Virus record (IMG/VR): IMGVR_UViG_3300012662_000001 | Coordinates: 32,001-96,000 of that record | Length of the DNA: 64,000 nucleotides | Source of the DNA: a virus | Direction: 5' to 3' (one strand) | The notes under the pieces: generated by a model | Seen by the model: the letters and a program-made list of their open reading frames with translations, nothing else | Databases searched by the model: none | Told to the model about the DNA's origin: nothing | Shown here: positions 1-7,882 of the stretch, one piece after another | Layout of the letters: every line of letters starts with the position of its first letter | Position numbering within the stretch: the stretch's first letter is position 1 | Translations under genes and position numbers: made by a program

Positions 1-1
1 G

Positions 2-214
2 GTCGAGGGCGGCAGCAATGGAATTCAGACATTCTTTATGACCGCTGATGAGTTGGAGGCCTTTGATGAAAAGCAGATGAAGAAGTTCGGGCGGTTGAAC
101 CTGAAGACAATGAGGACGGAAAGGTGGGTGAAGGATCACTGGGAAACGGATAAGAGTGATGAGCCGACCGCTGATGAAATGGAGGAAACAGACTATGACG
201 AAGAGAGTGAATAA
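2..214 (+). CDS. 3' end of a gene truncated by the window edge; acidic C-terminus, function unknown
   Basis: This frame is open from base 2 to TAA at 212-214 (...DKSDEPTADEMEETDYDEESE*). The stop overlaps the ATG at 195 of the next ORF. Confidence 0.4.
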   Translation, partial: VEGGSNGIQTFFMTADELEAFDEKQMKKFGRLNLKTMRTERWVKDHWETDKSDEPTADEMEETDYDEESE

Positions 215-680
215 CGCAGACCCGAGAGTGGAAGCCATAAGACAGTCCATAGACGAAAGCAGCATTCCAGAGGAGATGGCCTCCTGTATGGTGATGGCCA
301 CGGCTATGGAGACAGTGATGAATGACGTTATGGAGCGCATCAGGACGAGATACAAGGCCGCTGGACTTGACGTCAGGGGCAATGACGTGCTCAAGGGGCT
401 AAGGGGCTACTGTCAGGCCGTGAAGACGGCTGGCTACTGGTTCGATAGAGAGGTTGAGCCGAGGAACGTCGAGTGCACCTTTGGAACATACGGAACGGCC
501 ACCTCCTATGACGGCTTTCGTGCAAGATGCGGTAAGGTGGCTGAACTTGTTTCTATGATTGTGCAGGCAAGCAAGGATCCCTCCGCAATGGAGAAAATTA
601 GAGACGCAGCGAGAGAAGCGGCTCGTGACCGAGGTGTTACCCTTGAGGACTGGACACGGCTACATTTAAGGACAGAATAA
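195..680 (+). CDS. hypothetical protein
   Basis: Track ORF 156..680. I prefer the ATG at 195 (MTKRVNNADPRVEAIRQ...) because it couples to the upstream stop. No recognisable motif. Confidence 0.55.
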   Translation: MTKRVNNADPRVEAIRQSIDESSIPEEMASCMVMATAMETVMNDVMERIRTRYKAAGLDVRGNDVLKGLRGYCQAVKTAGYWFDREVEPRNVECTFGTYGTATSYDGFRARCGKVAELVSMIVQASKDPSAMEKIRDAAREAARDRGVTLEDWTRLHLRTE

Positions 681-705
681 TAGTGAAACTAATAAATGAG
701 ATGTT

Positions 706-1242
706 ATGAACTTCTATGAAGCGGCAATACAGGCGGTCTGCACCGCCTATGAGATAACGCCCGAGACGCTGAAAGGCGAATGTCGGGATGAACGAATAGT
801 GGAAGCGAGAAAGTGGTACTGTCTGCTGACCTCTCCACGACCTCTGGTGCAGTCCGGACGTCACATAAATCGTGATCACGCCACCGTACTGCATCATCGC
901 AGGGAGATGCGTGACACTCTGGGGCTTTATTCCATCTACAGAGAGCGATGGCTTGTTATGAAGAAGCTCTTTGACAGAATATTGATGGAGGGGCGACTGA
1001 ATGAGTGTTCTGTGGGTGTGGTTGAATATAGGAGTCAGTGGAAGTCCTATCGGGATCTGCTGTCAGCCGCCGAGAGAGCGCGACGTAAACTGGAGGAGAT
1101 GTCCACGTCCGTCGCAGGTGAGCCGTGCGTGGTGTGTGAGAACGGTGACGGTGAGTTCCACGTGATAAGGGTTAAGAACAGACTTGCCGAGCCGCTGCAT
1201 CTGGAGTGTATGCTGAACATTATAAAAGAAAGAAACAAGTAA
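706..1242 (+). CDS. DnaA domain IV-like helix-turn-helix DNA-binding protein with a Cys-containing C-terminal region
   Basis: N-terminus IQAVCTAYEITPETLKGECRDERIVEARKWYCLL...SGRHINRDHATVLHHRREM follows the DnaA C-terminal domain pattern (R..R....AR....Y......s...IG..fg.RDHtTVlha). C-terminus has CVVCENG...LEC. Confidence 0.6.
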   Translation: MNFYEAAIQAVCTAYEITPETLKGECRDERIVEARKWYCLLTSPRPLVQSGRHINRDHATVLHHRREMRDTLGLYSIYRERWLVMKKLFDRILMEGRLNECSVGVVEYRSQWKSYRDLLSAAERARRKLEEMSTSVAGEPCVVCENGDGEFHVIRVKNRLAEPLHLECMLNIIKERNK

Positions 1243-1264
1243 CAATCAATAAAAGAAGGAAATT

Positions 1265-1645
1265 ATGAAGATTGATGAATGTATTGAGATTCTGAATGCC
1301 GTAAGGCAGGGGAAGCCCCTTGAGTATAGAGTTAAGGGAACGATGACGTGGTTGACAAAAGAGGACGTTCTTGATTCTGATGGGTGTCCATCACTTAACT
1401 TTGATGAGGAGGATTATCGTGTGAAGGAGGACAGATACAGAGCCTATGGGATGGAGGAGTTCGTGAATGATGCGTGCAATCACGAGTGTATGCTTATGAG
1501 GAAGAGGGGTGGAGGACAGGTTCTTGTTCCATCCGCTATCAGTGACAGCGGTGTTCAGTGTGGGGACTTTCGATTCAATTACTCTGAACTCCTGGACAGA
1601 CTCGTGTGGTATGATGATGGAACGCCTGTGGGTGTGAAGCTGTAG
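1265..1645 (+). CDS. hypothetical protein
   Basis: 126-aa ORF with an ATG start, tightly spaced after the previous gene. Confidence 0.6.
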   Translation: MKIDECIEILNAVRQGKPLEYRVKGTMTWLTKEDVLDSDGCPSLNFDEEDYRVKEDRYRAYGMEEFVNDACNHECMLMRKRGGGQVLVPSAISDSGVQCGDFRFNYSELLDRLVWYDDGTPVGVKL

Positions 1646-1716
1646 AGCGGAGCAGGGTGCATAATCAGATCTTATCACCCTCGATAAGCGAAACTTATGG
1701 TCTGTTATAATTGGTA

Positions 1717-1814
1717 GGCATACAGAGAATCCGGAGAATGATCCTGACCCTGTATGCCTTTTCGTGTGAACTCCGAAGGATGTTCACACCTGGAACGTTC
1801 GAACAGAACGTTCC
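1717..1814 (+). other. cluster of three strong hairpins directly downstream of the 1265..1645 gene
   Basis: ggcatacag(N24)ctgtatgcc followed by tttt (1717-1762). gtgtgaac(N10)gttcacac (1764-1789). ggaacgttc(N5)gaacgttcc (1792-1814). The catacag/ctgtatg stem recurs at about 1898-1918. Confidence 0.6.
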
Positions 1815-2403
1815 CCAACTTCCTGATACTCAGGACACCCTCCTATTTCTATGATAAGCATTTCTTATAATTGATGATAATCCTTCCTTATATTGAGCAT
1901 ACAGACAGGGGGCTGTATGGAGGGGTCGGCTTGGGTGGGCACAGAAGGGATTATAGGGGTTGGAGGTGGTCGGTTTAGATGGAGGGGTTCTGGGTATTTA
2001 GAGCCGTGCGGAAACCTCCGTTCCTAAATCCCTTTCGCTCACGTCAGGGTTGTTTTCGAGAGAAATTGAACGATGATAGGGATGTCTGAGGTGGGTGATA
2101 TCCTATACAGTGGTGCAGTAAGGCAAACTCCGGGAATTTCGGTACTTAACGGAAGCTCATCGGGACAGGCGGATGCCGAGATTTTGTGAAAAATAGGGTG
2201 TGAAAATGACGTGAAAAACATAATCGACTGATAATGAGTGACCAATTTCAAATGTAAAGTGGGTGATAACAAAATCCCAGAGGGTATTAAAACGAAATTA
2301 AGGTAAAATCCCGAAATTCCGTAAAATGTAAAGCGGTTTACAGACGTCATTCCTATAACTCCCCTCAGGTATCCCGAGTTATGATGATTAAAATTGTAAG
2401 TTG

Positions 2404-2455
2404 GTGAAATTTCGTGGAAATTTCATTGGATATTCCAGAATATATGCCAACTTTG
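2404..2455 (+). promoter_or_regulatory. phage promoter cassette: GAAATTTC and TTGGATATTCCAG palindromic elements plus a -7 box
   Basis: gtgaaatttcgtggaaatttcattggatattccagaatatatgcCAACTTTG lies upstream of the ATG at 2514. Confidence 0.55.
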
Positions 2456-2513
2456 CCCCATAACTACTAAAATCACCGACATCGGTGATAATGTTTGCTT
2501 ATAATAGAAACTT

Positions 2514-2696
2514 ATGGATATGACAACAAAGGAGAGAAACGCACACATCGTGCGAAATGCGGTGGCCACGTCGGACACCATCACAGTACGTCTCGGGGAT
2601 GGAACTGAACTGGAGTTTCATCACACCAAGAGCACGGCAGGACGCCTGTTCAGGGAGGAACTTGCCAGAATAGTGGAGCAGTATCTATTGGCATAA
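2514..2696 (+). CDS. hypothetical small protein
   Basis: 60-aa ORF downstream of a promoter cassette. Confidence 0.45.
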   Translation: MDMTTKERNAHIVRNAVATSDTITVRLGDGTELEFHHTKSTAGRLFREELARIVEQYLLA

Positions 2697-2738
2697 TGAA
2701 AACTTATAATTAGAACTCCTGTATAGAAAGTCTCCTAT

Positions 2739-2873
2739 ATGGAGCAGGGTTCGTCAGCCGTTCACGTCACGACCTATGAGGGCAGACTGACACGGAGTGA
2801 GGTCGTGGAATTTCTGGGTCTAAACAGACCTGATGTCGTGTGGTACGAGGTCAATCTCGTGGGCATAAAGTAA
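2739..2873 (+). CDS. possible small ORF (44 aa), not in the supplied track
   Basis: ATG at 2739 to TAA at 2871-2873 (MEQGSSAVHVTTYEGRLTRSEVVEFLGLNRPDVVWYEVNLVGIK). It is followed by the hairpin atggagga(N8)tcctccat. Confidence 0.3.
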   Translation: MEQGSSAVHVTTYEGRLTRSEVVEFLGLNRPDVVWYEVNLVGIK

Positions 2874-2929
2874 AACTGATGGATGGAGGACAGTGAAGTC
2901 CTCCATTTATCATATATGATAAATGAAAA

Positions 2930-3163
2930 ATGGACGAAGAGAAATACTATTGTGCAAACTGTAGATTCTGGGAAGCAGGAGAATTGTGGCAGTCTACTCC
3001 TATAAATATGGAGAGAAGGATTCCAACGACTGTCATCGCACAGGGAACGTGTCACGTCACAGGCAGACCCTATGGACGAATGAATTATATGCCTATATGC
3101 AGACGATTTGAACGAGGATTATATGAAAATCCAGGAATGATTTCACGGAATTTCCAGAAATAG
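2930..3163 (+). CDS. hypothetical Cys-containing small protein
   Basis: 77-aa ORF with YYCANCRFW...GTCHV...PICRRF, which could be a zinc-binding arrangement. Confidence 0.5.
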   Translation: MDEEKYYCANCRFWEAGELWQSTPINMERRIPTTVIAQGTCHVTGRPYGRMNYMPICRRFERGLYENPGMISRNFQK

Positions 3164-3196
3164 TCTTGGAAGTTTCCAGAAATAGCCCCAACTTTG
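3145..3196 (+). promoter_or_regulatory. phage promoter cassette (two palindromic elements plus a -7 box)
   Basis: cacggaatttccagaaatagtcttggaagtttccagaaatagcccCAACTTTG. The first element overlaps the end of the preceding ORF. Confidence 0.55.
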
Positions 3197-3259
3197 CATC
3201 GTTGGTTCAGTTGAGTGCTGCCAACAGGGTTGAAAGTTTAACATCTAAATAATTTCGTT

Positions 3260-3763
3260 ATGAACACAGCAATCATTCTTCCGGACGTCACATTCTCAAT
3301 GAGAGAGCACATCCTCGCCAAGGACAAGACGGCAATGAAGTATGTCAACAGGACACAGATTCAGGCAGAAATCAACCTCCTACTTGGAAACATTCAAAAG
3401 GCAGGTGTGAACATCGTTCCTCCACAGAAGGAGGTGAAGTCCAAGACTGACCTTATGGACGTGTACGGCTGGCTCTACAAGGAATGTGAAAAGTACAATG
3501 CTGAGGTTCTGACCGAGCGTCAGCGCAAGGTCGAGCAGGAATCATCGGAGCAGGTGGCTGCACCCAATGGACACAAGCACAAGGCCGCACGTCTCAAGGA
3601 CGCCAGCGACAGGCTCCAGAGATACAGTGACGAGCTGAAGCAGCGTAAGGCAGGTGACACTATGGGGCTGGACGCCAGAGGTCAGAAGCACCGCATCGCA
3701 AGTCTAAAGCGCAAAATCGCTCGTGCTGAAGCAAGTCTGAAGAAACTTCAGGAAATTTCCTAA
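3260..3763 (+). CDS. hypothetical basic protein, probably coiled-coil
   Basis: 167-aa ORF with a K/R/E/Q-rich C-terminal half. Confidence 0.6.
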   Translation: MNTAIILPDVTFSMREHILAKDKTAMKYVNRTQIQAEINLLLGNIQKAGVNIVPPQKEVKSKTDLMDVYGWLYKECEKYNAEVLTERQRKVEQESSEQVAAPNGHKHKAARLKDASDRLQRYSDELKQRKAGDTMGLDARGQKHRIASLKRKIARAEASLKKLQEIS

Positions 3764-3801
3764 TCAAGCCGTAGGAAATCCAGGAAATCGTACTATCTTT
3801 G
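3747..3801 (+). promoter_or_regulatory. phage promoter cassette followed by the conserved leader
   Basis: aggaaatttcct is a perfect palindrome at 3751-3762. It is followed by gtaggaaatccaggaaatcg, TATCTTTG (3794-3801) and the leader catcgtaatcattaaatcac before the ATG at 3829. Confidence 0.6.
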
Positions 3802-3828
3802 CATCGTAATCATTAAATCACACACGCT

Positions 3829-4731
3829 ATGTCACATTTCAACATAGTCACTTCACTCCAGAACCTCAAGGAGCAGTATCGCACTCTCGCTATGGCCAAT
3901 CACCCTGACAGGGGTGGTGACGTCAGGACAATGCAGGAGATCAACGATGAATATCGTCGTCTCTATGTCATCTGGGTCGGCAGAATAGAGGATGAGAATG
4001 TTCGTCCGACAATGACGGCCGAGCAGTCCATTCATCAGTTCTACACGCAGAACGGATGGGAGGGCTCACGATACGATCCGCATCTTAGTGAAAAGGAGAT
4101 AGCCGCACTGGTTCGTGAATACTGCAAGCGGAACTGGAATCAGTGGAGGTTCAGCGTCAGGTGTCACTTCGCTTCTATGTGCAGTGAGATATCGGTGACG
4201 CTCACTGGAGGTCCGATAGATTCAGGACTTACCGAGGAAGCACGAAAATTTCACCAGGACTATGGGGTGCAGACGGCCTATCAGTTCGGAAGCGACCGTC
4301 ACAACGACAGTGTCGCACCTGAAGCGGAGGTTGTTATGCAGGACGTCATCTCCTATCTTATGTCCTTCAACTATGACGACAGTGACGACCAGATTGACTA
4401 CTTTGATACCAACTTCTATGTTCACGAGCACGTGGCTGGACAGAACGAGTGGAAGCACATCCAGAAACAAGCTCGTATCACCGCTCCACAGCCGACGCCT
4501 ACTGATGAGGAACTGGCTCGTCCCGAGCTGAGTGAGGGCGTGAACGTCATCACCTACTCCGAAAAGGCTCTGGCCGTGGTGGGAGACACCAAGCCGCTGA
4601 GAGCACGCCTGAAGGAACTCAAGGGTCGGTTCAATCCAGGCCTTACCGTGGGCGGCATAAGGAGGGCTGGATGGGTGTTCAGCGCAAAGTTCTACACGGT
4701 TGACACTCTGAGACAGGCGATATTCGCCTGA
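3829..4731 (+). CDS. J-domain (DnaJ-like co-chaperone) protein
   Basis: N-terminus LKEQYRTLAMANHPDRGGDVRTMQEINDEYRRLY contains the HPD tripeptide between helix II-like and helix III-like segments. The C-terminal roughly 60 aa (YSEKALAVVGDTKPLRARLKELKGRFNP...GWVFS) looks like a separate small domain. Confidence 0.8.
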   Translation: MSHFNIVTSLQNLKEQYRTLAMANHPDRGGDVRTMQEINDEYRRLYVIWVGRIEDENVRPTMTAEQSIHQFYTQNGWEGSRYDPHLSEKEIAALVREYCKRNWNQWRFSVRCHFASMCSEISVTLTGGPIDSGLTEEARKFHQDYGVQTAYQFGSDRHNDSVAPEAEVVMQDVISYLMSFNYDDSDDQIDYFDTNFYVHEHVAGQNEWKHIQKQARITAPQPTPTDEELARPELSEGVNVITYSEKALAVVGDTKPLRARLKELKGRFNPGLTVGGIRRAGWVFSAKFYTVDTLRQAIFA

Positions 4732-4825
4732 AATCACGTTGAATTCACGAAAATTAGGGAGGTTTACTCACTATGTGACACACTTGGTCGGGCGACCTTC
4801 CGTAATCGCAAATAAACGACTAAAA

Positions 4826-5167
4826 ATGACATTTCTACAGATTGACACACAGACACGAAGAACTGATGTGACGGAGAACGGCAAGGCCGTGTTCAGTTCA
4901 CAGGAGGGATTCTTCCGCATCCCAGTGACAGGGCTGAGGGCGTGCGTTCTGGACGAACGCAGCGGCTTTCTGTCCATCAAGACACAGCATGAGACGCTCA
5001 ATCTCCACTCCACAGGCTGGAAGTGGGAGGATCTTCTGGACGTCTTTGTGGCGGCCACTGAAGCCCTGATGAGCCACTATGCTGACAGACCTGACCTTGA
5101 TGAGAAAGTGACCGTCACGGAAGCAGGAGGAATCACGACACTTGTAAATCTATACTGCAATGAATAA
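4826..5167 (+). CDS. hypothetical protein
   Basis: The track ORF 4739..5167 starts at TTG. The first ATG in frame is 4826 (MTFLQIDTQ...). Confidence 0.55.
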   Translation: MTFLQIDTQTRRTDVTENGKAVFSSQEGFFRIPVTGLRACVLDERSGFLSIKTQHETLNLHSTGWKWEDLLDVFVAATEALMSHYADRPDLDEKVTVTEAGGITTLVNLYCNE

Positions 5168-5558
5168 GGAAAATAGAGCGAATGAAGCCGAGGTTCTATT
5201 GAACAGGCTTATGGAGCTGCACGGTGGGTGGATAGCCCACGGATGCGAGCCAAGAGAGATTATGAAATTGACAGCCGCTATGATGGCCGTGCTGACGCAG
5301 AGGGCGTTCCCAAGAAACCCCACGCAGAACGATCTTATGGAGTTCCCGACACGTCTGCTGAACTGCAATATGGTGTGGGAAAGATTTGTGTCTCTGCACA
5401 GGGACGCACTCTTCTACTCCGCTGATATGTTCAGGAAGTGGGTGTGGGGACTGTATCGTGGTCACGCTGAGACAAGAGCCGGACTGTGGAAAGTTCTTGG
5501 ATGGGAGACGTTCAACACTAATGATGAAGAAACAAATGAAGAAGAAAGACAATGCTGA
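5160..5558 (+). CDS. hypothetical protein
   Basis: 132-aa ORF whose ATG overlaps the end of the upstream gene. Confidence 0.6.
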   Translation: MNKENRANEAEVLLNRLMELHGGWIAHGCEPREIMKLTAAMMAVLTQRAFPRNPTQNDLMEFPTRLLNCNMVWERFVSLHRDALFYSADMFRKWVWGLYRGHAETRAGLWKVLGWETFNTNDEETNEEERQC

Positions 5559-5974
5559 ACGGATGGATTAGATGGTTCATCATCATCTTCGGGATGTTGA
5601 ATCTGGCTCACTGCATCTATAGTGGATGTGTGGGCAAATGGGAAGTATCGTGCTGCGAGTTCACGATTTCTATGCTCTTCTTTCTGCTCGCCCTATACGA
5701 CTGGACGATGGAGGGGAGACTTTCCGCCACACGTCGGAAATGGTTCCGCAGCGGATGGGTTCAAGGTCTAAACGCAATGGATAGAGCGCTACTGACCAGA
5801 TACAAACAGCTCCTAAACGAGGAACAGTCAACCGTCAGTCCACGTGTGGACGAGATTAATCGCATCAGATGCAGAACATCCAACGATGCGTGGAACAGAC
5901 TGATCCAGATACTGAATAGAAACAACTTTAAGAATGATGATTATGAGAGGGAGAACAGCACTGAAGATAGTTAG
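5552..5974 (+). CDS. hypothetical membrane protein
   Basis: Two hydrophobic segments at the N-terminus (WIRWFIIIFGMLNLAHCIY and FTISMLFFLLALYDW). The start overlaps the upstream stop. Confidence 0.6.
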   Translation: MLNGWIRWFIIIFGMLNLAHCIYSGCVGKWEVSCCEFTISMLFFLLALYDWTMEGRLSATRRKWFRSGWVQGLNAMDRALLTRYKQLLNEEQSTVSPRVDEINRIRCRTSNDAWNRLIQILNRNNFKNDDYERENSTEDS

Positions 5975-6176
5975 ACGCATCCGAGAGCAACCTGAACTCC
6001 AGACTTCCTATGCTCCAGTCACTGTCAGGCGAGCATTATGCACGGTGTATCGCAGAAAGCGGTATATGTCCTGGATAAAGTCCCACGTGAGAATTCGATT
6101 TGATGATAGAACAGCCGTGCAGATGCCTGACAGGACACTCTGTTTTATACTAAACGAAGAATTTGACACACTATGA
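5934..6176 (+). CDS. possible small basic protein
   Basis: 80-aa track ORF that overlaps its neighbours. No motif found. Confidence 0.3.
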   Translation: MMIMRGRTALKIVRRIREQPELQTSYAPVTVRRALCTVYRRKRYMSWIKSHVRIRFDDRTAVQMPDRTLCFILNEEFDTL

Positions 6177-6402
6177 ACGCACGACAGACACGACGAGCCA
6201 GACGGCTCATAATGAAGAAAGGGTACTGGCGAATGAGGCATCTTCAAATGCAGATGAATCTTCGCAATCTATAGCTGGACTACACCACCTATACAAGCGA
6301 GATAGGAGGGCACGCCAATATGGATCCTGGACTGTTCCAGTGGTACAGAAACAGATACTGAGAATTTCAAAGAAGATTGCCTACTACGAACGAAGAATGT
6401 GA
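6163..6402 (+). CDS. possible small protein
   Basis: 79-aa track ORF with a low-complexity N-terminus. Confidence 0.3.
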   Translation: MTHYERTTDTTSQTAHNEERVLANEASSNADESSQSIAGLHHLYKRDRRARQYGSWTVPVVQKQILRISKKIAYYERRM

Positions 6403-6494
6403 TGAAACGTTATATGAATGAGAATGGTTCATATTGAATTTAGTCATAGCTAAACGACAAAACCAAATTGTCTTTGGGTGAATTAATGATTATC

Positions 6495-6528
6495 GGAGCA
6501 GGGTCGCAGGGATGCGCTCCTGTTTTTC
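6495..6528 (+). terminator. rho-independent-type terminator closing the plus-strand gene block
   Basis: ggagc(N16)gctcc followed by tgtttttc. Confidence 0.55.
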
Positions 6529-6633
6529 TTTATCTACTTCCAAAACGATACATATAACATACAGAATTATGAATCCTATATGCTATATGGCGTGATTTCA
6601 AATGTAATTAGGATGCCCCGATTTGGGTGGTTT

Positions 6634-7503
6634 TTATGCTTTCTTTTCATACTTAGCTCGCTCACGCTCAATGATTTCATCTAAAGATGGTTCCTCCTCT
6701 TCAACAGGCGGCTCACTTTCACATTCCTCCATAGAAGCGACACCATCTTCAGGATTCAGTACGGATCCATTATCAGTCACTGTAAATCGTATGGCAGTAA
6801 TGGGATCAAGACCTTTCCATTCGGCCTTGGACTTTATCTTTTCAAAGGTGAATTGAAGTCTGGTTCCGACTTCTTCAAATTCTCTGGCAGCCATTTCAAG
6901 ATACTTGTTCACGAATGCCCACGAATCAAGACTATCACTCGCTCCAACCCATTTCCTGATGTCCTCTATTCTGGCAGTCCAGGTCTCTCTCTTCATATTG
7001 CTGGATATGTAGAGATATGTCATCATAGCCTGTGGACGTGTAAGACGAAGAAATGACTGCACACAGAAGGACACGTATCCTACTTTCTTGGTGAAGTTCA
7101 ACAGCCAGCACAGACTTCGCGGAACGATTCCAACACCATACTGACCATTTGGATAGGTAATGATGTCATAGAATAGAGGGTAGGTGTGAAGAGCACCATT
7201 CTCATCCACTTCATCTATGATGTCCACTTTTTTCATTTTTAGAAGTGTTGCCTTGATACTATGTTTACCTGAAATAACATACTTCGCTGGAATAGGAATT
7301 TCCAGTTCCGCCTTGTCATTCAGTGGAAAATACTTCTGCAATGTTGCTCTGTCAGCTTTTTCCCAGTCAATGTCCTCCGTCTTGGGAATATACTCCTGAA
7401 GAGCTTCTACCACTACCGCCCAACATCTTTTCTGTCGGGCATACTCATAACGAGCCACACTTATTGCGGCCTGTTTTGTCGTTCTTACTACTTGTTTCTT
7501 CAT
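6634..7503 (-). CDS. putative iteron-binding replication initiator (Rep paralog 1)
   Basis: The track ORF starts at TTG 7530; I prefer the ATG at 7503 (MKKQVVRTTKQAAISVARYEYARQKRCWAVVVEALQEYIP...). It is a clear paralog of 19212..20003 along its whole length. Tandem 21-bp repeats and a TAATTTTG -7 box lie directly upstream. Confidence 0.6.
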   Translation of the reverse strand: MKKQVVRTTKQAAISVARYEYARQKRCWAVVVEALQEYIPKTEDIDWEKADRATLQKYFPLNDKAELEIPIPAKYVISGKHSIKATLLKMKKVDIIDEVDENGALHTYPLFYDIITYPNGQYGVGIVPRSLCWLLNFTKKVGYVSFCVQSFLRLTRPQAMMTYLYISSNMKRETWTARIEDIRKWVGASDSLDSWAFVNKYLEMAAREFEEVGTRLQFTFEKIKSKAEWKGLDPITAIRFTVTDNGSVLNPEDGVASMEECESEPPVEEEEPSLDEIIERERAKYEKKA

Positions 7504-7554
7504 AATGTATAGAAATTTGTTTACACGCAAAAGTAATCACTACATAGTAAATTT

Positions 7555-7562
7555 CAAAATTA
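7555..7562 (-). promoter_or_regulatory. -7 box of the Rep1 promoter
   Basis: The minus strand reads TAATTTTG about 50 nt upstream of the ATG at 7503 and next to the iterons. Confidence 0.5.
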
Positions 7563-7591
7563 GAATTCGTACATTAAAATCTCCATCTTAA

Positions 7592-7634
7592 ATGTAATAC
7601 ACCTCGTTTCTGTATGTAATACACCTCGTTTCTG
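7592..7634. repeat. iterons: 2 tandem copies of atgtaatacacctcgtttctg
   Basis: Identical 21-mers at 7592-7612 and 7614-7634 with a 22-bp period. Related aaatgtaa motifs occur at about 6600, 2250 and 2326. Confidence 0.8.
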
Positions 7635-7787
7635 AAGTAATTAAGATTTGTGAAATCCCGACTACATCGGGAGGGGGTCGGGAAAATTCGGGACTTTCCA
7701 GGGTCTTAAATAGTAGGAAATAGTATAAGAAAAAGAGAAATAGGGCTCCTGTCGGAGCTTCTATCTTTTAGAGAATCTCATACGAAA

Positions 7788-7854
7788 TTTATGAAATTTC
7801 ATAAAGAAATCCTATATCATATCTTGGATATTCTAAGAAATCACCCCAACTTTG
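7788..7854 (+). promoter_or_regulatory. 18-bp perfect palindrome plus a promoter cassette
   Basis: tttatgaaatttcataaa (7788-7805), then tcttggatattctaagaaat, CAACTTTG (7847-7854) and the leader gcgtaatcattaaacatcac before the ATG at 7883. Confidence 0.6.
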
Positions 7855-7882
7855 CAGGCGTAATCATTAAACATCACATATT

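Noticed and set aside
2039-2350. A 103-aa minus-strand ORF in the 1.7-2.5 kb non-coding region.
   Set aside because: It has no promoter cassette or neighbouring minus-strand genes. Its composition is odd and Ser/Leu/Phe/Pro/Thr-rich. It spans the repeat and A-tract region, so it is more likely non-coding DNA.
4222-4737. Long antisense or overlapping track ORFs. Examples are 4222..4737(-), 12964..13500(-), 13965..14462(-), 28373..29074(-), 29941..30429(-), 32564..33103(-), 37663..38133(-), 44554..45102(-), 46279..46746(-) and 55452..55949(-).
   Set aside because: Each lies entirely within a stronger sense-strand gene that has recognisable motifs or operon context. Their sequences are low-complexity or oddly composed (Ser/Leu/His-rich). 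They are treated as shadow ORFs.
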